From positions 224,001-288,000 of the IMG/VR virus record IMGVR_UViG_3300010167_000010: a stretch of 64,000 nucleotides of DNA; one strand, 5' to 3'. A program made the position numbers and the translations under genes. Shown here in pieces: positions 17,961-28,635 of this stretch. Source of the stretch: a virus (taxonomy: Duplodnaviria; Caudoviricetes). The notes under the pieces were generated by a model. The model saw nothing but the letters and a program-made list of their open reading frames with translations, had not been told where the DNA came from and made no database searches. Position 1 is the first letter of the stretch. Each line of letters opens with the position of its first letter.

Positions 17961-19115
17961 ATGTCAGAGTTAAAATTTAGTGATTGGTATATTGTAGATG
18001 CGCCCAAAAGTGCCGATGAAGTTTATGGTCAAGAAACTATTGTAAATCATATTAAAACTAAACAAAAAGATCAATCTTTTGATAAGTCTACGCTTTTTCA
18101 GGGAAAATTTGGATCTGGAAAAACTATATTAGCTAAAATATGGGCTAAGTCTATTGCATGCAAAAATTGTAATAAAGATGGAGAACCTTGTAATGAATGC
18201 CCAACGTGTCAAGCTGTAAATAATGAAACATGGGATAGAGATGTTGTTTATTTAAATGGGGAGCAAATGTCAGCACAAGAAGTAGATAATATTTTAGATA
18301 AATGTTTTATTACACCAGCAATTAGGGATAGGGCCAAAGTATTTATAGTTGATGAAACTCAAGGATTATCTCCAGCAGCAATTCAAAAGTTTCTAGGTGC
18401 AACACAATCTCCAAAAAAAGGTTTCTTTTTCGTATTTACTGCAATGTCAAAACTTCAGGGAAAAAATCCGGGCGCTTTAATGTCAAGATGTAAAGTTTGG
18501 AAAATGAAAGAACCAAAAAATGAAGAAATATATCAATATCTTGGTTCTATAGTAATAAAGAAAAAATTACAATGTCCAAAAGAATTTTTAACTAAAGGTT
18601 TACAATTTATTGCTGAAAACAGTCAAGCATCATATAGACTAGCTATTCAAATGTTAGAGCAATGTTATGATAGTAAAATATTTGATATTCAACAAATAAA
18701 AGAAACTTTTGGAATAGAATCTTATGATGATGCCGCAGCTGTTTTAACTGATATATCTAATGGTAATGTAACTGAAGCAGTTTTTAATTCTATTATTGGT
18801 TCAGATTATCAAGATAAGTTTGGTTTACTTATGAAAATAATTGGTGATGCTTCAACGTATCAAACATTTGGAACTAGTTTTGTTGATGAAACAGAAAAAT
18901 GGAAATGGAAATATCCAGCACAAGTAGCATCTGGAGTACACTTTAATGAGCTTTGTAAAGTATTTTCTCGTTTAGCTCAAAATGCTTATATAAAACGTGG
19001 TGAATGGCAAATGGAAATATCTAAATTTTTATATGATATTAAAGAACAAAAAAATTTAGTAAAAGGTGTAACAGAAGAAAAAAAAGTTGTTAGACGAGCC
19101 ATTGAAGTAAAATGA
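17961..19115 (+). CDS. dnaX: Clamp-loader ATPase, DNA Pol III gamma/tau-like
   Basis: VYGQE, Walker A GKFGSGKT, C4 Zn motif CKNC..PCNECPTC, VFIVDE, SRC motif, R.AIQMLEQ. Confidence 0.85.
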   Translation: MSELKFSDWYIVDAPKSADEVYGQETIVNHIKTKQKDQSFDKSTLFQGKFGSGKTILAKIWAKSIACKNCNKDGEPCNECPTCQAVNNETWDRDVVYLNGEQMSAQEVDNILDKCFITPAIRDRAKVFIVDETQGLSPAAIQKFLGATQSPKKGFFFVFTAMSKLQGKNPGALMSRCKVWKMKEPKNEEIYQYLGSIVIKKKLQCPKEFLTKGLQFIAENSQASYRLAIQMLEQCYDSKIFDIQQIKETFGIESYDDAAAVLTDISNGNVTEAVFNSIIGSDYQDKFGLLMKIIGDASTYQTFGTSFVDETEKWKWKYPAQVASGVHFNELCKVFSRLAQNAYIKRGEWQMEISKFLYDIKEQKNLVKGVTEEKKVVRRAIEVK

Positions 19116-19510
19116 AAGAACCTCTTTATGTGCTAATAGCAGGTAGTAGAAATATTCCAGAAAATTTCGATTATTTTTATTTAATAGACGAATTATTAAA
19201 AGTACTTACAGTAAATAAAAAATGGGATTACGATAAAATTATAGAAATATGCGGAACAGCAAAAGGTGCTGATACTATTGGAAAAAAATGGGCATTAGAA
19301 AGAGGTTACGAAGTTATAGAATTTCCAGCTGATTGGGATAAACATGGTAAGGCTGCAGGACCAATTCGTAATGAAGAAATGGTTAAGTTTATAAAAGATA
19401 AAAAACAAAATATAGTAATTTTATTTTGGGATGGTACTAGTTCTGGAACTAAAAATACATACGATTTATGTAAAAAGTATGAAATTAATTATCATCTTTT
19501 TTCCGTTTAG
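19112..19510 (+). CDS. SLOG/DUF2493 (YspA-like) protein
   Basis: IAGSR, GTAKGAD, FPADWDKHGKAAGPIRNEEM, FWDGTSSGT. Confidence 0.88.
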   Translation: MKEPLYVLIAGSRNIPENFDYFYLIDELLKVLTVNKKWDYDKIIEICGTAKGADTIGKKWALERGYEVIEFPADWDKHGKAAGPIRNEEMVKFIKDKKQNIVILFWDGTSSGTKNTYDLCKKYEINYHLFSV

Positions 19511-19640
19511 AACTATGTTTTAAAAATTGTTTTATATATATCAATACTAGACTAAAAATATCTGGTCTAGTATATGATTCTACATTATTTAAATCTTTTT
19601 GAAGTTTAAGAAGCTCTTTATAATTTTTATCCGTTTCCAA
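19485..19640 (-). CDS. Small hypothetical protein (51 aa, TTG start), not in ORF track
   Basis: Hand translation METDKNYKELLKLQKDLNNVESYTRPDIFSLVLIYIKQFLKHSSKRKKDDN*. Overlaps the stop of 19627..20058 and fills the gap. Confidence 0.4.
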   Translation of the reverse strand: METDKNYKELLKLQKDLNNVESYTRPDIFSLVLIYIKQFLKHSSKRKKDDN

Positions 19641-20058
19641 TCTTCGCCGCCGTCTCTGTTATAAATTGATTTAATTTGTTACAATTGATTCCATATTTTA
19701 TTGATGATACTTCATCGTCTTGTAATAATTCTTTTATTTCGTCCCATTTTTTATGTTTAATATATTTAAAATAATAACATAAGGCAATTTGAACCGTTTC
19801 TTTAAATGATTCTCTATCTGGAAACTGTACAGTTCTGCCATTTATAGTCTCTATAAGCTCAGCAAATAATTCTGATCCCAATAAATTATATATCTCAACT
19901 AGAACCATTTGATCTTCATTTTTAGAAGCTAGTCGCAAATAATGAAGTTTAATTAAATCTTTAATTACTTCTTCAATAGGGTTTTCTTTTAAAATAGTGT
20001 TTATCTTTTTTTGAAATAAAGATTTTTCTTCATTAATTATAAGTGTATCGTTTTCCAT
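19627..20058 (-). CDS. Hypothetical protein, weakly Mor/C-activator-like
   Basis: LLGSELFAELIETINGRTVQFP resembles the Mor-family core; possible C-terminal HTH. Confidence 0.45.
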   Translation of the reverse strand: MENDTLIINEEKSLFQKKINTILKENPIEEVIKDLIKLHYLRLASKNEDQMVLVEIYNLLGSELFAELIETINGRTVQFPDRESFKETVQIALCYYFKYIKHKKWDEIKELLQDDEVSSIKYGINCNKLNQFITETAAKIGNG

Positions 20059-20093
20059 TATTTAAATAGTTTTGAATCTAATTTCTTAAAATC

Positions 20094-22730
20094 TTAAGTA
20101 GCTTTTAGATAATTTTTTTGTATAAGTATATTATCTCTATTGCTAAATATAATATCGAACTCATTTTCACATTCTAATTTTTCTTCTAATGGTTGAGCAT
20201 ATACATTTATTGTAACCAGATCTTCTAAAAGTACTTCAATATTATCAGCAATAGAAATTAAATTTTGACTAAATCTAGTTTTTTCTATTAGGTCTTCTCT
20301 CTGACTTTCATCAGTCATAAAATGTAAAGGAATAATTAAATGACCATTAGCATATTGAATAGAAAGTGGATTATTATAATTTTCATTAAACATAATTTTA
20401 CAATTATCTATGAATTGAGTATTTACTCTATAACATTGTTGTCCTAATATATTTCTATTAAAATTAAATGAAAGTTGTTCTTCTGGTGGGATATCATCTT
20501 TATTAAATATTTTATTCTTTCCGTTTTCATCTACAAATAATGGTCTATGTTCATAAGGTTCTATATTAAATTGTTTCATTTGATAAAAATATGATGGGGA
20601 AACAATTCTATCTATAAAATTAAATTGTGCTGTTCTAACTTGTTGATTAAAGAAAAATTCTGAAAAACTATTAAAAAAGTTAACATCAAAGAAATTAGAA
20701 TAACTTCTTTTTTCACTTAATACTCTTTGCTTTTCTTCGTCAATAACTAAAATTTCAGCTTCTTCTAAAGTTTTAACATTTTGTAAGTCAGTTCTTTCAT
20801 CTAATAAAAATATTGATTTATTTTTAGTTGGAAACTCTCTAAATAAAACATCTACTCTTATAACGTAAGGATGTTTAACTTTAAAATTCTTAAAGCCAGC
20901 ATTCAATTGGTTTTGAGCAAATATTTTATCAAATTTAAAAGGAAATGCTAGTAAAGTTCTTCTATCATTTATAATTACATTATTTCCACTCTCTTCTCCA
21001 ACTTCAATTAAAATAGTTGGATTTAAACTAGCTTTAGTTCTAGCTTCTAAAAATACTTGTGTAAATTTATTAAAAGAAAAATTTTGAGCAATATTTATTA
21101 TATCAGATTTAAAATATGGTTTATTAAAATCGGTGTTAAAAATACTATACTTAGCTAATACTTCTGGCATTATACTATTTCGTATTTCAACTTCAGTTAA
21201 AGAATCAGGTGTATTTACTATTACGTTCGGTCTTATTTCTATAAAGTTTGGTTCAATATAATCGAATGAATCATTAGGTGATTTCATATCTTGAAAAGCT
21301 TTTATAAGAGGTTCTATTAAACCAGATTGGGGATTAACTATTTTTTCTCCATTTGATCTAATTGCTGTAATCAATAAAGTACTTCTATTCATACTTATTT
21401 CTTGTAATACAGAATTTTCTATATTAGAAACAAAACTATCAAATAAAGGATCTGCACCATAAGAATTTGTAGTATAAACATCTGACTGAAATACTTTACA
21501 ATGTAATAAATTTATTGGACTATTTTTTAATATTTGTTCATAATAACTAGCTCTTGTTGCAATGGAATAAGATTGTAAATAAGATGGTGGTGCATTTACT
21601 CTTATATCATCTTCATTTTCTATATCTTTACCACCCATTATTGGAACAATATTTGTACAAGATAAAAAGTTTGTCTGAACATTAAAACGATGGTCTACTT
21701 GTGCAAAATCTGAAGGAAATATCATTTGAGTTATTTGAAATCTCTCAGCAACATTTCCATTTAATCCTCTTGTTTCTAAATACTCTACAGATATATTAGC
21801 ACCAGGTGGTAACATTCGACCAGTAATCCCATCACCAAATTTAATTAAAACTCTATTTTCATTATTTAATATTAGTGCTTCAAATACTCTATCGTATGGA
21901 CCAGCCAATCTAATATTTTCAATTTTTTCCCAAACTTCGGTATTCATATCAGTCTGTTGGCCATTTATAAGTTGTCTAGGTGTTACTTTAACTTTAAAAA
22001 ATTGTTCAGAAATTATATTACTAGCATTTTCTATATTTATAGCATCAATAGAAAAAGATTCGAATCGAGTTCCTCTTGCTGTTCCAAATTCTACTGTTAC
22101 TTTTTCACCTTGAATTACTGGAACTTTTAGATACTTAATTCCATTCCAACCGCCAGCTTTTATAAAGTCGCTATATTTAATTGGATTATTTCTAATTGCA
22201 CTAAACGGTTCTTTTAATGCTCTAGACTCGACATCTTCAAAAGAAATATAAGAAACACCTCTATTAGTTTTAAATATTGTATCTTTAGGAATTAAATAAT
22301 TTAAGTCAGATGTCCATGGAACTAACGCACTTCTTTCAGTAAAAGTTGCTTGAGGATTTTGAATTAAATCATCAAAATCTGAGGCATGATCCAAATCAAA
22401 AAATGTAACACCAAAGTTTGGTAATCTTTCTATACCGTTTAAATCAGTATGGGATATCACAATATAACCAATAGAAGACTTAGGTAAGGCTCTTTTATAA
22501 GCTATTAAATCAGCTGAGTGTGTAAGTGACGACATGTTTCTAGCATTTCGCCACTTCTTTTCATTATATAGATATTCTAAATATCTAGCTATTTCTGAAT
22601 TACCCTCTGAAATTACATCTAATAAATTACCAATAGTTCCTACACCAAGAATATTAGCCCAGTCTTCATGAATTTGAAGACGTTGTGTCATTCTTTGTTT
22701 GATTGATAACTGGTCAAACCTTTTACTCAT
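20094..22730 (-). CDS. Baseplate wedge protein (T4 gp6-like)
   Basis: LIAYKRALPKSS, IKFGDGITGRMLPPGANISVEYLETRGLNGN, GGKDIENEDDIRVNAP. Confidence 0.85.
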   Translation of the reverse strand: MSKRFDQLSIKQRMTQRLQIHEDWANILGVGTIGNLLDVISEGNSEIARYLEYLYNEKKWRNARNMSSLTHSADLIAYKRALPKSSIGYIVISHTDLNGIERLPNFGVTFFDLDHASDFDDLIQNPQATFTERSALVPWTSDLNYLIPKDTIFKTNRGVSYISFEDVESRALKEPFSAIRNNPIKYSDFIKAGGWNGIKYLKVPVIQGEKVTVEFGTARGTRFESFSIDAINIENASNIISEQFFKVKVTPRQLINGQQTDMNTEVWEKIENIRLAGPYDRVFEALILNNENRVLIKFGDGITGRMLPPGANISVEYLETRGLNGNVAERFQITQMIFPSDFAQVDHRFNVQTNFLSCTNIVPIMGGKDIENEDDIRVNAPPSYLQSYSIATRASYYEQILKNSPINLLHCKVFQSDVYTTNSYGADPLFDSFVSNIENSVLQEISMNRSTLLITAIRSNGEKIVNPQSGLIEPLIKAFQDMKSPNDSFDYIEPNFIEIRPNVIVNTPDSLTEVEIRNSIMPEVLAKYSIFNTDFNKPYFKSDIINIAQNFSFNKFTQVFLEARTKASLNPTILIEVGEESGNNVIINDRRTLLAFPFKFDKIFAQNQLNAGFKNFKVKHPYVIRVDVLFREFPTKNKSIFLLDERTDLQNVKTLEEAEILVIDEEKQRVLSEKRSYSNFFDVNFFNSFSEFFFNQQVRTAQFNFIDRIVSPSYFYQMKQFNIEPYEHRPLFVDENGKNKIFNKDDIPPEEQLSFNFNRNILGQQCYRVNTQFIDNCKIMFNENYNNPLSIQYANGHLIIPLHFMTDESQREDLIEKTRFSQNLISIADNIEVLLEDLVTINVYAQPLEEKLECENEFDIIFSNRDNILIQKNYLKAT

Positions 22731-22765
22731 ATTTATTTAGTTAGTAAATGGAAAAGACGATAATT

Positions 22766-24409
22766 TTATTTTAATTTTGGTAATTGCACTTCAGAATTCC
22801 ATTCCCAAGTAGTATTTAAGTCCCACCCTAACGTATTTCTAATAAAAGTTTCTGTTAATGGTAATTGTAATAAAGACCCGTGTCTAGAACCAAATAAATT
22901 AGATGCAAAACTATTTTGTACATTACCGCTTTCTCTGGCTCCAACTATTCCTCCATAAGAATCTGAATCAATATTATTACTTAAATCTATTATTGAAAAA
23001 CAATTTCTTACTAAATCAGTAGACCATTGCATTATTCCAATTATTCCACCGATAATGCTATCTTTACTTCCATTATTTATATTTGTTTTAGAATAACAAT
23101 TTTCTATTCTAGTACTTCTATCATTAGATATCCCAACTATACCGCCTATTGAAAATGCATTTTTACTAGAAATATTTATTATTACATAACAATCTTTTAT
23201 AGTAGTATCTTTAACAACCCTACCAATTATTCCACCAATTTGTAAATTGGGGCTCCAATTATCGGGAGTAATAATAATTCCAGAAAAACTACAATTTTCT
23301 ATTGAAACTTCATAAGAAAGTCCAAATAAACCACCTGTTATAGCTGATGAATTAAGTTTGCCATTTATTACGTGACAATTTATAATATTAGTTTCTTCTA
23401 AAGTTGTTGAAAAACAAGCCGCAGAAAATCCAGTAAAATCGCAATTATCTAAAATTAAATTTTTTATAGCGCCGCCAGCTGCACATTGTTTAATAAAAGC
23501 TACTTCATTATCATGATCTATAGTTTTTAAATTTTTAATATATTTATTATTTCCATTAAATGATCCAGTAAATACACTATCCCAACCTTCTAAATGGCTT
23601 CCAATTGGAGACCAATTACTTTCTTCTGTAATTGCTAAAGTTATATTATCCATTAAAATATAATGATCACTTAAAACCCAATTACCGTGGCCAATTCTTT
23701 TTAAATCTTGTTCATTAAATATTTGCCACGGATCTTCAGAAGTTCCAGAACCAAAAGTTTCTATTTTTTCTTCTTTTAATATTTTAATATTTTCTTCAAT
23801 ATCAAATATACGCTCATTCATAGATGTCATTAATTCTTTTATATCTTTAATATCATTTCGTACTTCATTTACATTATATTCTATAAATGTATTTACTAAT
23901 TCTTTAAAATTTTCTATGTCAAGTTCTACATCTTTTAATTTTTCTTTTACTGCTTCTTTATCTTTATTATGTGTTTGCTTTAAAGAATTAAGATCTTCTC
24001 GTAATTTTGTATATTCTTCTATAAGCTCACCATTATCTTCTAAACTATAAATTTGTTGTTGTAAATCTAATAATAATTGATCTAGATCTTCTTCAAGAGC
24101 TAATATTGCTTCTTTTAATTCTTTTTTAGTAGTTGCTTTTTCTACCGCTACTTTAATTTCAAATATATCTGTTTCTAATTCATTTAATTGACTTTCAATT
24201 ACTCTTAATTTTCCGTTCTTTTCATCAAATAAAAGATTTAATTTTTCTTTAATAGAATGTAATTCATTATTTTCTATATCGTTTTCTATAAATTTAGAAA
24301 TACTTCTCAAAGAAATGTTTTTTGTTTCATTATTTTGAACTAATGGTAATATTTCATTACCACTTAATTCATTAGCCATTTCTAGTTGACTAATTCTTTT
24401 AGGTTCCAT
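22766..24409 (-). CDS. Putative tail-fibre/appendage protein: N-terminal attachment motif, coiled coil, C-terminal GLUG-type beta-helix
   Basis: RISQLEMANELSGNEILPLVQN; heptad region; GSGTSEDPWQI, FTGSFNGN, repeated IGGIIG/IGGIVG. Confidence 0.7.
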   Translation of the reverse strand: MEPKRISQLEMANELSGNEILPLVQNNETKNISLRSISKFIENDIENNELHSIKEKLNLLFDEKNGKLRVIESQLNELETDIFEIKVAVEKATTKKELKEAILALEEDLDQLLLDLQQQIYSLEDNGELIEEYTKLREDLNSLKQTHNKDKEAVKEKLKDVELDIENFKELVNTFIEYNVNEVRNDIKDIKELMTSMNERIFDIEENIKILKEEKIETFGSGTSEDPWQIFNEQDLKRIGHGNWVLSDHYILMDNITLAITEESNWSPIGSHLEGWDSVFTGSFNGNNKYIKNLKTIDHDNEVAFIKQCAAGGAIKNLILDNCDFTGFSAACFSTTLEETNIINCHVINGKLNSSAITGGLFGLSYEVSIENCSFSGIIITPDNWSPNLQIGGIIGRVVKDTTIKDCYVIINISSKNAFSIGGIVGISNDRSTRIENCYSKTNINNGSKDSIIGGIIGIMQWSTDLVRNCFSIIDLSNNIDSDSYGGIVGARESGNVQNSFASNLFGSRHGSLLQLPLTETFIRNTLGWDLNTTWEWNSEVQLPKLK

Positions 24410-24419
24410 TATTTTCTCC

Positions 24420-24674
24420 TTAAACTATTAAATAATTAAAATTTTCTGTAATTAATCTTTCATCATTTTCTGTTAGCAAAAATGAATGAGATATCTGGCT
24501 TAAGTTTAAAAAATTTATCCACTCCTCCCCATCCCATCTCTGTAGAATCCCATCTTTTAAAGTTACAGCATTTAATCTGTATTTTTGACTAGAATTATAA
24601 TCTGGAATGATTGAATATGGTAAATTAACTTCAGCTACCAACTTTACTTGTCCATTTAAAATTTGATAAACCAT
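24420..24674 (-). CDS. Small virion-associated hypothetical protein
   Basis: C-terminal LLTENDERLITENFNYL repeat; CTAAATA motif upstream. Confidence 0.6.
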   Translation of the reverse strand: MVYQILNGQVKLVAEVNLPYSIIPDYNSSQKYRLNAVTLKDGILQRWDGEEWINFLNLSQISHSFLLTENDERLITENFNYLIV

Positions 24675-24778
24675 ATATATTTAGATAGAAGCAAGTTGTA
24701 AAATTTTAAGAAAAAGGCCTATTTTTAAGAAAGTTATGTTATTAAATTATAATTTTTATTATTAAAATAAAATAAAAT

Positions 24779-25855
24779 TTAAACAGATCTATATTCGTAT
24801 AAATCTTTATCTAATACTGAATAATCTACTGTATAACCAATATCTTCTAAACTAGCAATAGTAAACTTGCTCATCCAAGAATTTATAAAAGATGAACTAG
24901 TAAAAATTTCAGTAGATAATTGTCTTCCTCTATTATCTCTAATATCAGTCCGTTGGGCCCAATGGGAAAGAGCACTCCCACCAGCATTTACCATTGTAAC
25001 ATTTTGATCTAATGTTGGATGAATAGGAATATTTCCAGTTTGATTCATAGTTTCTCTATAAGCCTGTCGACCAATATTAGCAGTATAAAATGGATTATTG
25101 GTGTTTCCTGTTCCAATAAAATTAGTTCTTCCATTTAATCTTCTTCCTATATTTGAGTTTAAAACAGTAATAAAGTCATTAAAACCTGGAATTAAATTTC
25201 CTATTCCAGGTAAATTACTAAAAAGATCTATTAAAAATCTTTGATCTAAAAGTCTTGGCAAAGTAATAACACCCAAAAAGGGTAATGATTCGACGATTCT
25301 AAAATCAGCATTCCACAGTGCTCCTAAACCTAAAGCATGTAAACATTCATGAATAGCTAAATTAAAAAATGATTCATTGGGATTATTTGGATTAAAATGA
25401 TTAGAAGAAAATTTAATAGAGGCTTCCATCGGAGTCATATAACGATCATTACTACATAAGTCTATAATATCTATTGCTTCAATTATTTTAGTAAAATCAA
25501 AATTAGTTTCAACATCAGCAGTATTTCCTGGACCAGCTTGTCCAATAATACCTGGCATAAGTTGACCAAAATATATTTTTATTTTTAAATTTCTTTTTTC
25601 ATTCGAATATCTTAATCCAGTTACAGCTTTTTCAAAATATTTCTTCATATCTTGAATACAAGTATTATAAAAATGACTATTAGCATAAGATTGTGTTATC
25701 GGGTCGTTATTATATATTATTTCTATACTAAAGTTATTTTGAGGAGGTTGTTCTATATAAGGAATAATTTCATAGAATAATTTATTATCTATCTTATCTA
25801 AAAACCGAGTATCATATCTTACAAGTTCGCCGTTTTTATTTTTAAATACTTTCAC
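24779..25855 (-). CDS. Zinc metalloprotease, leishmanolysin (M8)-like
   Basis: IGQAGP, IHECLHALG (HExxH), GGSALSHW, SKFTIASLEDIGYTVDY. Confidence 0.78.
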   Translation of the reverse strand: MKVFKNKNGELVRYDTRFLDKIDNKLFYEIIPYIEQPPQNNFSIEIIYNNDPITQSYANSHFYNTCIQDMKKYFEKAVTGLRYSNEKRNLKIKIYFGQLMPGIIGQAGPGNTADVETNFDFTKIIEAIDIIDLCSNDRYMTPMEASIKFSSNHFNPNNPNESFFNLAIHECLHALGLGALWNADFRIVESLPFLGVITLPRLLDQRFLIDLFSNLPGIGNLIPGFNDFITVLNSNIGRRLNGRTNFIGTGNTNNPFYTANIGRQAYRETMNQTGNIPIHPTLDQNVTMVNAGGSALSHWAQRTDIRDNRGRQLSTEIFTSSSFINSWMSKFTIASLEDIGYTVDYSVLDKDLYEYRSV

Positions 25856-25867
25856 AATAATTAGTCA

Positions 25868-25899
25868 ATAAAAAAGGCGATATTATAAAAATATCGCCT
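25868..25899 (-). terminator. Rho-independent terminator after the tail sheath gene
   Basis: AGGCGATATT/AATATCGCCT stem, 5-nt loop, followed on the - strand by a T run. Confidence 0.85.
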
Positions 25900-25920
25900 G
25901 TAATTTTATTTTAATTTCAA

Positions 25921-28635
25921 TTAAATTTGTGGAAGATTTTCTAAAATTAAAGTAACAGTTTCACTGAATACATTAACTCTAATATCAACCTTCATAACAA
26001 AGTTTCTTTGAGCCTTAGTCATTGGAGTATTTTGTCCAGTAATATCACAAGTTGCCATTGCCCAAATTGGTGATGAACCACCCGTTCTTCTAGCTAAAAT
26101 ACTTTCAACTTGAGTTTGTCTTAATCCCATCCAATATTCGTTTATCGGTTTCATAATTTGTGGTCTCATTACATTATCTCTAATTTCTCTCTTAACAAGT
26201 TGGAAAGATAATGAGTGTCCTAAGAATGACCAGTCAGATAAGAAATTTGGATCTTGTGTAGTTTTTTGAGATACAATCATTAAACCATCATCAGATGTAA
26301 ATACGATTGGGTTAATTCCCTTAGTATCTAAAGTTTTTGTTGCTTCATCTTCAAATTGATATCTTGATCTTAATACGCTTCTCTTTAATTGTCCACCTAA
26401 ATCACCGGCAATATTATACCAAGCTGGTGCCCAACCACCGTATTTTCTTTCTACAATTCTCATTAAGTTACATCCAATATCACCTACTGGTTGACACCAA
26501 TACTTCTTAAATGTAATTGGATCATACATTTCAAATTCACCACAATATTGTGCATTAGAACGAGTTGCAACTCTTCCTGATACAATTGCTCTTTGTGCAA
26601 TTTGATCTGTTACTACACCTTTATTATTAGGTGTCATAAGTTTTGGAGAGATAACAGCAGCTAATTCTTGTTGTTGACTTATTGTTGCTAAATCACCTTT
26701 GAATTGTTCTTGACCAGTTAATTCCATAAAAATATAAACGTCATCATATTCTGGTAAAAGAGCTTCTTGTAAACCTTCTCTGATAATTGGACCAAATTCT
26801 GGTCTCCATGCTCCACCTACTTTTTGTTCGAGTAAGTTCATAGTTACGAGAAGAGTCATATATCTATCACCTTCAATAGTGAAACCTCTTTCAGTAAATA
26901 TATTTCCATCACCGTCCATATCGAAAGGATCTACAATTCTTCTATGTGTCCAAAAACCTGTTCCGTCTAAATCGTCTGCATCATCGCCGAATTTCTTTAA
27001 TACTCTAACTTCAATAAATGATACGTCATCGTCTTGAAGTATTTCTGGGAAATAAATATTACTTCCAAATGAGTCAACACCTCTTTCATCAAGAGAACCA
27101 GTAAACTCACCGCCAGATGTTCTTCTGCCAATATAAACTTCTTCTGAACAACCAACTGTTAAAGCATTAAACCAAATATTTTTTGGTGCACTATCACCAG
27201 TTGACATCCCTCTTACGTATGCGTTTGGACCATCTTGACCAAACTTAGCAATATACTCTTCTTCAGTTAAAAGATGTTTAATAGATGTTGCTGTTTCAAC
27301 ATAAAATATTTTATGGAATAAATCATTATTAGTAACATTAATTATAGAATTTTGACAAGTAAAGTATTGTGTTGCAAATTGTCCAGTAACAACACTATGG
27401 AAAGGTGTTGCACCTTCTTCATTTAATTGACCAATATAAGCAACTCTTTCTGGTCTAGCAGGATCAAAGAATGCAATAAATTCATTATCTAAAACTGCTT
27501 GTCTTATAGCTTGTTGTTGATCTTGTGGAATTCCAGAAGGCATTTGTACTACAAGTCTTCCAGTATTATCGAACTCAGTTCTATTAAATGGTGCATAAGC
27601 GAATAATCTATCATATCGATATTTATCGTAACCCATCATAGAAATACGAATATCAGTTGGAATTTCAGTTGGACCTTTTTGCATAAAATAACAATATGTG
27701 TCATTTCTTAAAGTTACTAAGAATGTAATTATATCTTGTAAACCAAATGGGATATTATAAGTTACACTACCAACTTGAACAAAACCGTCAACTAAAAGTT
27801 TCATTAAACTAGAAAGCATTGGTTGCGGATTACTTTCGTCGCCGTTTCCAATTACTAATGCATCATAATTTACTTGACCAATAAAATCTCTTAATGGGAT
27901 TCTATCATCACCCATATTATATTTAAATCCAAAATCTGCCATAGAAGCTGTTTGGCTTGAGAATGACCAGAAATCACCGTCATTATCTCCCCAGAAAGTT
28001 TTGACTGTCCCAACGCCAGAAACTAAACCGTCTCTCATTACGTCATAATCAATATCAGTTACATTTAATCTTCTATCTTTAGTTAAGATAAGAGCACTGT
28101 TATCATCTTTCTTAAATTCAAATACTCCATATCCAGGTTCACCAACATCTGGTGTAAAATCTTCTAGTTCAGGTGCTTGTATAATTATTCTGGTAAGTCT
28201 GTTACTAAAGTCAGCATTGAACATATGTTCTCTACCAGGTTCGACTGCTACTTTATAAGCGTTACCAACATTGTCAGCTAATTCTTGTTTATCAGATATA
28301 TTATAAAATTTATAAAGTCCGTTTTTTGTTACATAAAAACCACCAAGGTATGATGGATATGCAGCACTAGTTCCAGGAGGCGCAGATATATATAATGGAT
28401 ATTCGTCATTGAAGGCCTTTGCTTCTACAAGATCTGGCCAATGTGCTGAACCTACACCACCTAATGCATCAATCGCTTGTGCACTACCTTGTGGAAAATA
28501 AGTTGGTCTTTGATTTCCTTTAGGAGCTCTACAAACCATGTACCCATTGAGTGGGCTCTCAGCTGTTGATAAAACAAATGAAGAATCTATATCTATAAAT
28601 TTTAATCTCCAAGATCTTCTATTATTAAATGCCAT
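25921..28635 (-). CDS. Tail sheath protein (large, with insertion domains)
   Basis: C-terminal GGWAPAW..G.LK, LDTKGINPIVF, SQKTTQ..SDW, CDITGQNTP..RNFVMKVDIR; AAGGAG SD. Confidence 0.85.
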   Translation of the reverse strand: MAFNNRRSWRLKFIDIDSSFVLSTAESPLNGYMVCRAPKGNQRPTYFPQGSAQAIDALGGVGSAHWPDLVEAKAFNDEYPLYISAPPGTSAAYPSYLGGFYVTKNGLYKFYNISDKQELADNVGNAYKVAVEPGREHMFNADFSNRLTRIIIQAPELEDFTPDVGEPGYGVFEFKKDDNSALILTKDRRLNVTDIDYDVMRDGLVSGVGTVKTFWGDNDGDFWSFSSQTASMADFGFKYNMGDDRIPLRDFIGQVNYDALVIGNGDESNPQPMLSSLMKLLVDGFVQVGSVTYNIPFGLQDIITFLVTLRNDTYCYFMQKGPTEIPTDIRISMMGYDKYRYDRLFAYAPFNRTEFDNTGRLVVQMPSGIPQDQQQAIRQAVLDNEFIAFFDPARPERVAYIGQLNEEGATPFHSVVTGQFATQYFTCQNSIINVTNNDLFHKIFYVETATSIKHLLTEEEYIAKFGQDGPNAYVRGMSTGDSAPKNIWFNALTVGCSEEVYIGRRTSGGEFTGSLDERGVDSFGSNIYFPEILQDDDVSFIEVRVLKKFGDDADDLDGTGFWTHRRIVDPFDMDGDGNIFTERGFTIEGDRYMTLLVTMNLLEQKVGGAWRPEFGPIIREGLQEALLPEYDDVYIFMELTGQEQFKGDLATISQQQELAAVISPKLMTPNNKGVVTDQIAQRAIVSGRVATRSNAQYCGEFEMYDPITFKKYWCQPVGDIGCNLMRIVERKYGGWAPAWYNIAGDLGGQLKRSVLRSRYQFEDEATKTLDTKGINPIVFTSDDGLMIVSQKTTQDPNFLSDWSFLGHSLSFQLVKREIRDNVMRPQIMKPINEYWMGLRQTQVESILARRTGGSSPIWAMATCDITGQNTPMTKAQRNFVMKVDIRVNVFSETVTLILENLPQI

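Noticed and set aside
19544-19573. Inverted repeat ATACTAGAC...GTCTAGTAT as a terminator between convergent genes
   Set aside because: Large loop, AT-rich stem and no U tract; it also lies inside a plausible small - strand ORF.
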